Below, piece by piece: positions 53,370-62,607 of a stretch of 64,000 nt of DNA (position 1 is the first letter of the stretch; every line of letters begins with the position of its first letter). The notes under the pieces were generated by a model. That model was not told where the DNA came from, made no database searches, and saw only the letters and a program-made list of their open reading frames with translations. The stretch is from the NCBI GenBank assembly GCA_021813445.1, contig JAKAKP010000140.1, forward strand, positions 1,280 through 65,279. The letters run 5' to 3'. This stretch comes from Deltaproteobacteria bacterium. GTDB taxonomy: Bacteria; Desulfobacterota; Desulfobaccia; Desulfobaccales; 0-14-0-80-60-11. The position numbers and the translations under genes are program-made.

Positions 53370-53990
53370 ATGAATATAAAATTCCTCAAAGCAGCCTTAT
53401 TGGCGGGGGCTGTGCTTCTTCTAGTTCTTAATGCGGGCTATGCTATGCAACCTCCCCCTCCTCCCTTAAATCTTACAAAATTCAAGGACCTCATATCCCT
53501 GGCGGATATCATTGCGGTCGGCAAAATTGGTGCGGTGCGGCAAACCGATAAGTTGGTTAACGGGGAAATGCGCCGGACGGTGGAAGCCGACTTAAGCATT
53601 GAAAAGCTGTTAAAAGGCAAAGTGCCAGCAAAGAACCTTACTATTCAGGAATCCTATCCGGTCCTGAACCCTCCTGCGCCAGGGGCTGCGAGCAAAGGTG
53701 GAAATGAGTCCAAAGGGATGATTGTGGGCATGAAAGCCGGGCCCAGCGCTTATCATGGACAGTACTCAACGGGTATGCGGATAGTAGTCCTGCTTGAAAA
53801 AGCCCCAGGAACCCAGGGATATAGACCTTTGGGTTCCGGTTCGTATGATAAGTATCTCTGTGAGTTTTTGCTGGAGAAGGATGGCATTAAAACCCTCTAT
53901 TTCAGATTTGCCGAAGATATGAGCCATTACGCAAAATCTGAAGACCATTTCGTGCAATTAATTAACCGCTTGTGCAACCCAGGTTCATGA
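53370..53990 (+). CDS. Secreted hypothetical protein (206 aa)
   Basis: Signal peptide MNIKFLKAALLAGAVLLLVLNAGYA and a poly-Pro stretch. No recognised domain. It is the first gene of the peptidase island. Confidence 0.6.
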   Translation: MNIKFLKAALLAGAVLLLVLNAGYAMQPPPPPLNLTKFKDLISLADIIAVGKIGAVRQTDKLVNGEMRRTVEADLSIEKLLKGKVPAKNLTIQESYPVLNPPAPGAASKGGNESKGMIVGMKAGPSAYHGQYSTGMRIVVLLEKAPGTQGYRPLGSGSYDKYLCEFLLEKDGIKTLYFRFAEDMSHYAKSEDHFVQLINRLCNPGS

Positions 53991-54003
53991 GGGGAGAAAG
54001 AGC

Positions 54004-55323
54004 ATGAATATCCGGGCCAGGAATGCCTTTTCGTACCTTGTGCTGAGCCTTTTGGGATTATTGCTGTATGCCGGGCTGGCATTTGCCCAGCAAACTGGCA
54101 CCAGCAACCTGCCTATCAATCAATACGGCATACAGACGGACAACCCCTATGTGGTGAACCGGTTTATCTGGAATGGCCAACTGGTTGACGAGATTATTGT
54201 GCCCGGGAGACCGACACCGCCTGTCGGCTTTAAAGGGGAGGCGGCCAGCATCCCGGAGCCCAACCCTGCTGCCGGCATCAATAGTCTTAGCAATGTGCCT
54301 GCCCTGGAATGGTGTTTTGGCTGCTCTGCGACCTCCGCGGCCATGATGTTCGGCTATTATGACCGCACCGGTTGGCCCAATATGTATACCGGTCCCACCA
54401 GCGGCGGCGTCTTTCCTCTAACCAACGCGTCGTGGCCGCATGTGACGATCAATGGGGAAGACCGGGCCCAGTGCCCCCTCAGCGCCACCCGCAACGGTCT
54501 AGATGGGCGGACCATCAAAGGACATGTCGATGATTACTGGGTGAGGGTTGATGACCCGGGACCAGATCCATTCATCGGCCAGTGGACCGAGCACACCAAA
54601 GGGGATTGCACCGGTGACTTTATGGGCACGAACCAATCTTTGGTTTCCAATTCTGATGGAAGTACAACGTTCTACAATTATACCAATGGAGCCCGTCTGG
54701 TCGATTATACAGGATCAGAACCTGGGAGGCGGGATGGCTGCCATGGTATGAAGCTGTTTGTGGAGTCCCGGGGATACCAGGTGTCAACGAACGGGAACTT
54801 TTCCCAGTACATCTATGGATACAACGGGAATACCCAGGGGTTCACTTTTGCGGAGTATAAGACTGAAATCGATGCCGGCCGTCCGGTTCTCATTCAGCTC
54901 CAGGGTCATACCATGCTGGGTTTTGGCTATGATGACAGCGGCTCGGTGGTCTATATTCATGACACTTGGGATAACAGCGATCATACCATGACCTGGGGCG
55001 GCTATTATGGAGGCATGCGGCACTATGCGGTGACTGTAGTCCAACTGGTGGCTGCGCCGCCCGCTACTTTAACCATCACGGCCTCGGCCGGGACCGGCGG
55101 CTCTATTTCACCTTCCGGAGCCATCACGGTCAATTACGGGGCAAATCAGGTCTTTACTATTACTCCGTCAACTGGCTACCATGTGGCTGCCGTCCTGGTG
55201 GACAGCGCCTCAGTAGGGGCAGTGACCAGCTATACCTTCAGCAACGTCACTACCGACCACACCATTTCCGCCAGTTTCGCAAAAAACAAGGCCATTCCGT
55301 ACATGCAACTATTGCTGAATTAA
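54004..55323 (+). CDS. Secreted papain-fold cysteine peptidase (C39-like/C10-like) with C-terminal beta-repeat domain
   Basis: Signal peptide. Candidate nucleophile in EWCFGCSATSAAMMFGYYD, candidate His in LQGHTMLGFGYDD, then IHDTWD. The C-terminus LTITASAGTGGSISPSG...TPSTGYHVAAVLVDS...ISASF resembles InlB-B-repeat-type domains. Confidence 0.7.
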   Translation: MNIRARNAFSYLVLSLLGLLLYAGLAFAQQTGTSNLPINQYGIQTDNPYVVNRFIWNGQLVDEIIVPGRPTPPVGFKGEAASIPEPNPAAGINSLSNVPALEWCFGCSATSAAMMFGYYDRTGWPNMYTGPTSGGVFPLTNASWPHVTINGEDRAQCPLSATRNGLDGRTIKGHVDDYWVRVDDPGPDPFIGQWTEHTKGDCTGDFMGTNQSLVSNSDGSTTFYNYTNGARLVDYTGSEPGRRDGCHGMKLFVESRGYQVSTNGNFSQYIYGYNGNTQGFTFAEYKTEIDAGRPVLIQLQGHTMLGFGYDDSGSVVYIHDTWDNSDHTMTWGGYYGGMRHYAVTVVQLVAAPPATLTITASAGTGGSISPSGAITVNYGANQVFTITPSTGYHVAAVLVDSASVGAVTSYTFSNVTTDHTISASFAKNKAIPYMQLLLN

Positions 55324-55633
55324 TTAAAGGGAACAGCCGTACTTGTGATTAAGGGCGAAAACACGGTTCGGGGTTTGCGTCAGATTAAATATACGGGATA
55401 ATTCCCCAACCGGGGCTATCTTTCTTGGTTCGCAGGCGGTAGTATAACGTTCAACCCCTAATTAATAGGCCGTTCTTAGCCTTTTGTCAAAAGAAGGAGA
55501 GGGAGGTATTTCACCCACCCCGCCATCTTGCCGATATATTTTTTTGAGCTCTTCCTAGTATAATTCCCAGGTGCAGGACTACCTTGGGAAACCTTGGGTT
55601 CTAGACTCAATTCGGAAAAAGAGGTCCCCGTCC

Positions 55634-57175
55634 ATGCCAAGACTGCTGAGAAACGCAGCCCTGGGGCTGTTCATCTGGCTTTTGGCGGCCTTGCTGCTGG
55701 CCGTCCCCGAGACCTGGGCCAGGCCCACCTCGCCGCAGCAGGCCCGCACCGCAGTGCTCAACTGGTTAGGCTTAGACGCCAGGCCTCTGGGCGCGCGTAT
55801 GGGCCGGCAGGTCAAGGAAGTCCAAACCTTCAATTATGAAGGCGCTCCCGCTTATTATGTGGTGTACCTGAACCCCTCGGGCCTGGTCATTCTGCCGGCC
55901 GACGACCTGGTGGAGCCCATCATCTGCTTCATGCCCTCCGGGTATTATGACCCCTCCCCCGGGAATCCCCTGGCGGCCCTGGTGAGCCGGGATATTCCGG
56001 GCCGGGTCCTGGCGGCCCGGGCCCTGGAGGCCAAGGGGGCAGAGGCTCTGGCTCCCGCCAGCCGCCAGGCCAGAGCCCGGCGCCGCTGGGACTTGCTGAC
56101 GCAGGCCACCGCGCCCGAGGCCGCGGACCTCGGCGTCAGCACCATCTCCGACATCCGGGTGGGTTCCTTTGTCCAGAGCCGCTGGGACCAAAGTACGGTA
56201 AGCGGCCAAAACTGCTACAATTACTATACTCCCAATAACTATGTGTGCGGCTGCGTGGCCACCGCCATGTCCCAACTCATACGCTACTGGCAGTGCCCCT
56301 CTGGCGGTATCGGCGTCCACAGTTTCCAGATATGGGTGGACGGTGTCTCTCAATACAAGAATACCCGGGGCGGTGATGGCTCCGGCGGCGCCTATGAATG
56401 GAGCAGCATGGTGCTGGATCCCAAAAACTCAGGAGTCAATGACGCCCAGCGGGCGGCCATCGGCGCCCTCACTTACGACGCCGGTCTGTCGGTGCACATG
56501 AGCTACACCTCGGGCAGTTCCAGCGCCTATACCGAAGATGCGGCCGCCGGATTTGTTAACACCTTCGGTTATAGCAATGCCATTTACTATGCCCCTTATA
56601 GCAATATTCCCGATGACATCCGCAATGCCATGGTCAACCCCAATCTGCACGCCCGCTACCCGGTCTTATTCGGCATCACCGGGGATGGCGGCCATGCCAT
56701 CGTTTGCGACGGTTATGGCTACAACTCCTCCATCATGTACCACCACCTCAATATGGGCTGGTCTGGCGCCGACGACGCCTGGTACAATCTGCCCACGATT
56801 GACACCACCTATTACAATTTTAACAGCGTCTATAAATGCATCTATAACGTCTATCCCACCGGTTCCGGGGAGATCATCGCCGGCCGGGTGACCAATGCCA
56901 GCGGCAGCCCCTTAAGCGGGGTGACGGTGAGCGCCAGCGGCGGCTACTCCGCCACCACCGACGACAAAGGCATCTATGCCCTGGCCAAGGTCCCCTCCAA
57001 CACCACCTTTACCGTCACGGCCAGCAAAACAGGATATAGATTCACCTCCCAGACGGTGACCACGGGCATCAGTGTGAATAACAGCTCCGCCACCGGGAAT
57101 AAGTGGCCCATCGACTTTACGGGGTCCAAAGCTGGGCGCATCCCAGGCTCAGTGCTGCTGCTTCTGCTGAATTGA
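55634..57175 (+). CDS. Secreted peptidase C10 (streptopain-like) family cysteine protease with CarboxypepD_reg-like C-terminal domain
   Basis: Signal peptide and propeptide. SRWDQS...YYTPNNYVCGCVATAMSQLIRYWQCP carries the Cys. GDGGHAIVCDGYGYN carries the His. HHLNMGWSG follows. The C-terminus is GRVTNASGSPLSGVTVSA...TDDKGIYAL. ATG at 55634. Confidence 0.85.
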   Translation: MPRLLRNAALGLFIWLLAALLLAVPETWARPTSPQQARTAVLNWLGLDARPLGARMGRQVKEVQTFNYEGAPAYYVVYLNPSGLVILPADDLVEPIICFMPSGYYDPSPGNPLAALVSRDIPGRVLAARALEAKGAEALAPASRQARARRRWDLLTQATAPEAADLGVSTISDIRVGSFVQSRWDQSTVSGQNCYNYYTPNNYVCGCVATAMSQLIRYWQCPSGGIGVHSFQIWVDGVSQYKNTRGGDGSGGAYEWSSMVLDPKNSGVNDAQRAAIGALTYDAGLSVHMSYTSGSSSAYTEDAAAGFVNTFGYSNAIYYAPYSNIPDDIRNAMVNPNLHARYPVLFGITGDGGHAIVCDGYGYNSSIMYHHLNMGWSGADDAWYNLPTIDTTYYNFNSVYKCIYNVYPTGSGEIIAGRVTNASGSPLSGVTVSASGGYSATTDDKGIYALAKVPSNTTFTVTASKTGYRFTSQTVTTGISVNNSSATGNKWPIDFTGSKAGRIPGSVLLLLLN

Positions 57176-57261
57176 AGCGGTGTCTTCATCCCTTTGCTAA
57201 TTGCATCAGGAGAGTGCTGGAGACTCCCAAAGAGCTTGAAAAACGATTCCTCTTGAACGCA

Positions 57262-57289
57262 GGCGGACCTGCGGGTCCGCCCTGGTTTT
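57262..57289 (+). terminator. Candidate rho-independent terminator after the C10 peptidase gene
   Basis: GGCGGACC-tgcg-GGTCCGCC, followed by CTGGTTTTA. Confidence 0.5.
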
Positions 57290-57583
57290 ATGGAGACACC
57301 CGCCACCTACTTGCTGCCCCCCAGACCATCCTGGTTTGATCTCCAATTTGGTGTAACCCTATTAGCTACCTGGAAAATTTGTGAACGTTTTCTTTTTCAC
57401 TTCTAGACATTATTTGGGGAAAAGGCTTGCGAATTGAGTCAATCCTACCGATTTTTACATTATATGGCGTCTCAAAGATTTCCTAGAGGTAGTGGCCGGA
57501 AACCAAGCTGAATATGGGAATAGTTCCTCTCCCTGCGGCCCTTTCCGGCCTCCGGATCGGCGAAACTGCGGGAGGTGAGAACC

Positions 57584-57799
57584 ATGGGAGAAATTATTGA
57601 TTTCCACCTGACCAAAAAATCCATTTACCGGGCCGCGGTCAAAGAAATGGAGCGGATGTACCAGCTCTCCCACGGCGGCGACGACCCTATCGTGGACGAC
57701 TCCTCCCGGGAGATGTTCGAGCGAGGGGAGATTGACGAAGTGAAATGGCTGAGTTGGGAGCGGTACTGCACAAAAGTCTTGAATTTGCTGGGGGACTAG
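57584..57799 (+). CDS. Small acidic hypothetical protein (71 aa)
   Basis: ATG at 57584 has GGAGG 8 nt upstream. The opposite-strand ORF 57455-57853 lacks any such signal. Confidence 0.4.
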   Translation: MGEIIDFHLTKKSIYRAAVKEMERMYQLSHGGDDPIVDDSSREMFERGEIDEVKWLSWERYCTKVLNLLGD

Positions 57800-58277
57800 C
57801 ATATGGAAAAAGAAGCCGTATGAGCGGCCAGTTGAAATGATTTTTGATAGCACGTATTCTTACATCGATGCGGAATTCAAAAGCCGTGTGCCCGGGGGGA
57901 AACCGCGGTCATGGTTTTGGTCCAGGCCAACCCTGATGCCGCCCAGTTTGACGATATTTCCCCCGCTACCGGCGTTGGCTCACTTTTTTGGGTTATGACC
58001 CGGTTTTCCTGGTCCGGGCCACCGGCGTCAAAAACTCCGGGGATATTAACGGGCAAGGCGCGGTGCTGGCGGAGGCTGCGTCCCTGGCCCGGCGAATAAT
58101 AAATAAATAGGGCGCTTCCTATCTTTCCCCGCCATGATCGCCCTTGATTTTTTCAGGCCAGGTCTTATTTTCAGCTTACCCGCCTGAATGACAATCAATG
58201 ACATCGAGCCGCTCCAACAGCAGAAGGTGGAGTTCCACTGGTGGAGGGAAATCTGTCGTTTATCTGAAGGTAGAAAC

Positions 58278-58667
58278 ATGGAAAACCCCAGAAAAAATGT
58301 ATTGGTGGTGGACGACGTTGAAGTCACCAGGAAGATTATCTGCAATATTCTTAAATGGATCGGTTTTGAAAAAATCTTTGAAGCTGAAGATGGGAATACC
58401 GCCCTCTCTATTCTGGAGGAATCCAGGGTGGACCTAATCATTACCGACTGGAATATGCCCCAAATGTCCGGTTTGGAGCTTGTGCAAAAGATTCGGGCCA
58501 ACCCCAAGCATCAACATAGTCCGGTGCTGATGGTCACCGCCGAGGGTCAGGAGGAGTATCTTCTGGCCGCAGTAAAAGCCGGGATAGACAATTATGTGGT
58601 CAAGCCTTTTAAGGCGGAAATGCTAAAGGAGCAGATCGAGATAGCTTTCAAGAAGCATAGTGCTTAA
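58278..58667 (+). CDS. Single-domain CheY-like response regulator
   Basis: MENPRKNVLVVDDVEV...DLIITDWNMPQMSG...VLMVTAEG...YVVKPF. All REC signature positions are present. Confidence 0.9.
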   Translation: MENPRKNVLVVDDVEVTRKIICNILKWIGFEKIFEAEDGNTALSILEESRVDLIITDWNMPQMSGLELVQKIRANPKHQHSPVLMVTAEGQEEYLLAAVKAGIDNYVVKPFKAEMLKEQIEIAFKKHSA

Positions 58668-59976
58668 ACCCCCCGTTCCCCCCGCCTTGCTCACCCTTGA
58701 TTTCCCCATCACAGGTCTTATGTTCAAGTTACCTGGCAGGAGGATTACGGTCATCGAGCCCATCCAGCAAGATTTCCAAGTCCGCTATCGCTACACCGTC
58801 CATTTTACCAGGGAGGTCTTTGCCGGCAGCAACCCCCTGTTTAGTCAGGTGGCGGCCGGAGACCATGACTATCTTCCGAAAAAGCTGCTGGCGGTGGTGG
58901 ATCAGGGAGTCCACCGGCACCACCCCCGCCTGGTGGGGCAGATCGAGGCTTACTGCCGCCGCCATCAGGAGCGCCTGACGCTCGCCGCCCCGCCCCTGCT
59001 GCTACCGGGCGGCGAAACCGCCAAAAACGACAGCCGGCTGGTGGACCGCCTCCACCAGGCCATCCGGGACGCAGGGCTCTGCCGCCATTCCTTTATCGTG
59101 GCCGTGGGCGGGGGTGCGGTCATCGACCTGGCGGGCTATGCCGCGGCCACGGCCCACCGGGGGCTGCGGCTGCTCCGGGTTCCCACCACCGTCCTGGCCC
59201 AGGCCGATGCCGCCATCGGCGTCAAAAACGGCATCAATGCTTACCATCAAAAAAATTTCCTGGGGACCTTCGCCCCGCCCTGGGCGGTCATCAATGACGC
59301 GGCCTTTCTCCCCACGCTCTCCCGGCGGGATTGGCTGGGCGGCGTGGCCGAAGCCGTGAAAGTGGCCCTGATAAAAGACCCGGCCTTTTTCTCCTTTCTG
59401 GAGGCCAACATTGCCCAGCTCACCGCTCGCAGCCTGGAGACCATGGAGCAGGTCGTGTATCGTTGCGCCGCCCTGCACCTGGACCATATTGCCGGCGGGG
59501 GCGATCCCTTTGAGTGCGGCAGCTCCCGGCCCCTGGACTTCGGCCATTGGGCGGCCCACAAACTGGAGCAGCTCTCCGGCCACCGGTTGCGGCACGGCGA
59601 AGCCGTGGCCCTCGGCATGGCCCTGGACGCCACTTATTCTTATCTGGCCGGATTTCTCCTCCGGCCCGATTGGCTCCGGATCATGACGCTGCTGGAAAAC
59701 CTGGGCTTCAGCCTGTACGCGCCGGAACTGGACGACCCGGCCCGGGTCCTGGAGGGCCTCCAGGAATTCCGGGAGCATCTGGGTGGGCGGCTCACCATTA
59801 TGCTCCTGTGGGCCATCGGCCAGGGGCTGGAGGTCCATGAGATCGATCCGCAGTCCATGGCCGCGGGCATGGGCCTCCTGAAGAAACGGGCCGCGGCCGG
59901 GGCCGCGGCCACTGCGTCTATCCGGCCCCGAGCCTGGAGAAACCCGGGCTTGCCGGCCTGCGCCCTGCCGGACTAA
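58660..59976 (+). CDS. 3-dehydroquinate-synthase-family sugar-phosphate cyclase (EboD-like)
   Basis: ...GGETAKND..., SFIVAVGGGAVIDLAGYAAATAHRGLRLLRVPTTVLAQADAAIGVKNGIN, and metal-ligand His residues (HWAAHKLE...HGEAVALG). The start is uncertain: 58660, or the ATG at 58720. Confidence 0.75.
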   Translation: MLKPPVPPALLTLDFPITGLMFKLPGRRITVIEPIQQDFQVRYRYTVHFTREVFAGSNPLFSQVAAGDHDYLPKKLLAVVDQGVHRHHPRLVGQIEAYCRRHQERLTLAAPPLLLPGGETAKNDSRLVDRLHQAIRDAGLCRHSFIVAVGGGAVIDLAGYAAATAHRGLRLLRVPTTVLAQADAAIGVKNGINAYHQKNFLGTFAPPWAVINDAAFLPTLSRRDWLGGVAEAVKVALIKDPAFFSFLEANIAQLTARSLETMEQVVYRCAALHLDHIAGGGDPFECGSSRPLDFGHWAAHKLEQLSGHRLRHGEAVALGMALDATYSYLAGFLLRPDWLRIMTLLENLGFSLYAPELDDPARVLEGLQEFREHLGGRLTIMLLWAIGQGLEVHEIDPQSMAAGMGLLKKRAAAGAAATASIRPRAWRNPGLPACALPD

Positions 59977-60013
59977 AGCCCCTGGCTGCATCTCCCCCCC
60001 ACGAGGCAAAATC

Positions 60014-61237
60014 TTGCAAATCGGCCCTGACGGTTTTTTTCATCTCACCTACTGCACCAAGATTCATCCCGGCACCGGCTGGGAGGAACTCTGCCACCAC
60101 CTCCATACTCAAGTGCCCCGGCTTAAAGAGAGGTTATCCCCGGCCCAACCCTTCGGCCTGGGCCTGCGCCTCTCCGCAGGGGAATGCGAGGAGCTGCTGA
60201 CGGGAAGAAATCTGGAGGAGTTCCAGGAATTTTTGGCCGCCCAGGGTCTTTACGTCTTTACCATGAACGGCTTTCCCTACGGGGCCTTCCACGGCGGCCA
60301 GCGGGTCAAGGCCCAGGTCTTTGCCCCGGACTGGCAGACTGAAGACCGGGTGCGCTACACCCTGCGCCTCATAGAGATTCTCCGGCAACTGCTGCCTCCG
60401 GGCCTGGAAGGGTCCATCTCCACCTCCCCTCTTTCTTACAAGCCCTGGGTCAGGCCCGGGGACGCCGCGACCCGGGAGCGGATCGCCGCCAACCTGGCCG
60501 CGGTGGTGGCGGCCATGGCCCGCATCCGGGACGAAGACGGGACCTTGATCCACCTGGACCTGGAGCCGGAGCCGGACGGCCTGGTGGAAAACAGCGGGGA
60601 GTTGGCCGGGGTCTTCCGGGATTGGCTGCTGCCCCAGGCCGCGCCCCTCCTGGCCCGGGCGACCGGCATCTCTGTGGCCGCGGCCAGGGAGAGCCTGCTG
60701 ACCCACCTCCGGGTCTGCCTGGATACCTGCCACCTGGCCGTAGCCTACGAAGACCCGGCTGCGGCCCTGGATGCCTTGGCGCAGGAAGGCGTCCAGGTGG
60801 GCAAGGTGCAGATCACCGCGGGCCTAAAAGCGCTCCTGCCCCGGGACGCGGCCGGCCGGGCCGCGCTGGCCCGGCAGCTCCAGGATTTTGCCCCTTCTCC
60901 CTACCTGCACCAGGTCCTGGTCCGGAAAAACGGCGGCGGCCTGGGGCAATTCCCGGACCTCCCGGAGGCGCTGCCCACCCTGGCCGCCGGCCGGGACCGG
61001 GAGTGGCGCATCCATTACCATACCCCCCTTTTCGTGGCGGGCCACGGGCTGCTCCGGTCCACCCGGGACGAAACCCGGGAGGTGCTCAATCTCCTGGGGC
61101 AGCGGGGTTTTTGCCGCCACCTGGAGATCGAAACCTACACCTGGGAGATCCTCCCCCCGGAGCTGAAAAAGGACCTGGTGGACTCCCTGGAACTGGAATA
61201 CCGCTGGGTGTTGGGTAACCTCGGCTTTTGTCTTTGA
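60014..61237 (+). CDS. Xylose-isomerase-like TIM-barrel protein resembling EboE
   Basis: The N-terminus FHLTYCTKIHPGTGWEEL......PFGLGLRLSAGECEEL matches my recollection of EboE proteins. 407 aa, TTG start. Confidence 0.7.
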   Translation: MQIGPDGFFHLTYCTKIHPGTGWEELCHHLHTQVPRLKERLSPAQPFGLGLRLSAGECEELLTGRNLEEFQEFLAAQGLYVFTMNGFPYGAFHGGQRVKAQVFAPDWQTEDRVRYTLRLIEILRQLLPPGLEGSISTSPLSYKPWVRPGDAATRERIAANLAAVVAAMARIRDEDGTLIHLDLEPEPDGLVENSGELAGVFRDWLLPQAAPLLARATGISVAAARESLLTHLRVCLDTCHLAVAYEDPAAALDALAQEGVQVGKVQITAGLKALLPRDAAGRAALARQLQDFAPSPYLHQVLVRKNGGGLGQFPDLPEALPTLAAGRDREWRIHYHTPLFVAGHGLLRSTRDETREVLNLLGQRGFCRHLEIETYTWEILPPELKKDLVDSLELEYRWVLGNLGFCL

Positions 61238-61313
61238 ACAAGACAAAGATATTTTAAAATTTAGAAATCTGTGATAAGATGTGTAAGTTAAAGGGATTTT
61301 ATGGAATCTTGCT

Positions 61314-62009
61314 ATGAGATCAACCATACAGATTCAATTTAAATATTCAAGTGCAATTAAGATAATTTTTATCATTGCGTTTATATTCTGTGCTTTCACG
61401 TTCCTTACCCTGGGAATTCTTCTTTCTGGATTGAAATCCAGCGACTGGCTCACAGCTTATTTAACTTTTTACCTGGGGATAGCAACGGTTATATTGGCCC
61501 TAACGACTGCTGTAGTAATTATATGGCAGGGCCAACAACTAAAAAAGCAATTAGAATTACAAGTTATAACGGAATTATACAAAGAATGGAATGGGGAAGA
61601 ATTATTCGATGCGAGATGTAACTTATGTCAAATTTTAAATTCTGGAGGAGTAATCACAGAATTTGGCGGGGAAACATTAGAAAAAGTGGAAAATGTATTA
61701 GAGTTTCTTGAAAGGATAGCGTCATATTATGAGAATGAGGTATTGTCACGAAAGCTAGTTTGGGATACGTTTGGTTTTTATATCATGAGATATTATTTCT
61801 ATACACAAAATGCTATCAAAGAAATTCATATTAAATGGAGCAATGATGAAACATTATATAGAGACCTTGCTAATCTATATAAGGATTTAATGGATTATGA
61901 ATGTAAGGAGCGTAATAAAAGCAGAGATGAATTGGAGAGAACTTTTATAAATGAAATAAATAAATTTAAAAAATCCGAATGCTATGAAATTCACAAAACT
62001 GATAATTGA
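61314..62009 (+). CDS. Low-GC membrane-anchored hypothetical protein (possibly DUF4760-like)
   Basis: Two N-terminal TM helices followed by a soluble K/E/N-rich domain. It lies in DNA where a counted sample (61321-61380) has 15/60 G+C. Confidence 0.55.
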   Translation: MRSTIQIQFKYSSAIKIIFIIAFIFCAFTFLTLGILLSGLKSSDWLTAYLTFYLGIATVILALTTAVVIIWQGQQLKKQLELQVITELYKEWNGEELFDARCNLCQILNSGGVITEFGGETLEKVENVLEFLERIASYYENEVLSRKLVWDTFGFYIMRYYFYTQNAIKEIHIKWSNDETLYRDLANLYKDLMDYECKERNKSRDELERTFINEINKFKKSECYEIHKTDN

Positions 62010-62571
62010 ATTGAAGCCATCACGAATTGATAATGGCGGCGTAGGAGTGTTTGCCGTAGTCGCTATTAAGAAAAGAGAAAAAGTCACGGATGGCATCCCA
62101 ATAGAAGACTTCTCCGGGGTAGTCCCTTGGGGGGAGTTTGAATATTTAAATAAAGAATTACAAAAAAAAGTAATGGATTTCTGCGTTGGGACCTCTGAAG
62201 GCTTTATTCCACCTGATGACAATGATTTTAATAAATTATCCATCGAATGGTACTTTAATCACTCATGCAATGGAAATCTTGGCTTCGATAAAAATGGTGA
62301 TTTTATTGCAATCAGAGATATTAAGAAGGGAGAAGAATTAACTTATGATTATGGTCTAATAGAATCAAATCCAAACTTCAAGATGGAATGTAAATGCCCA
62401 GATATTAATTGCCGGCATATTATTACCGGAAATGATTGGAAATTCTTATCGAAAGACAAATCCAAAATGAAATACATGCACCCTTTCATAATATCGCTTA
62501 TTAGACAGGATCAGGCCATGAAGGGTATGACAAAAAGTATTGATGAGGCTGATAGAGGGTTACGAATGTAA
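61984..62571 (+). CDS. SET-domain protein (putative protein-lysine methyltransferase)
   Basis: GVGVFAVVAIKKREKV..., YFNHSCNGNL (NHSCxPN-like), GEELTYDYG, and a post-SET-like CKCPDINCRH. It overlaps the upstream gene by 26 nt. Confidence 0.8.
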   Translation: MKFTKLIIELKPSRIDNGGVGVFAVVAIKKREKVTDGIPIEDFSGVVPWGEFEYLNKELQKKVMDFCVGTSEGFIPPDDNDFNKLSIEWYFNHSCNGNLGFDKNGDFIAIRDIKKGEELTYDYGLIESNPNFKMECKCPDINCRHIITGNDWKFLSKDKSKMKYMHPFIISLIRQDQAMKGMTKSIDEADRGLRM

Positions 62572-62607
62572 ATATGCTATCCCTTATAACTTCCTGTTAT
62601 CCAAAGA

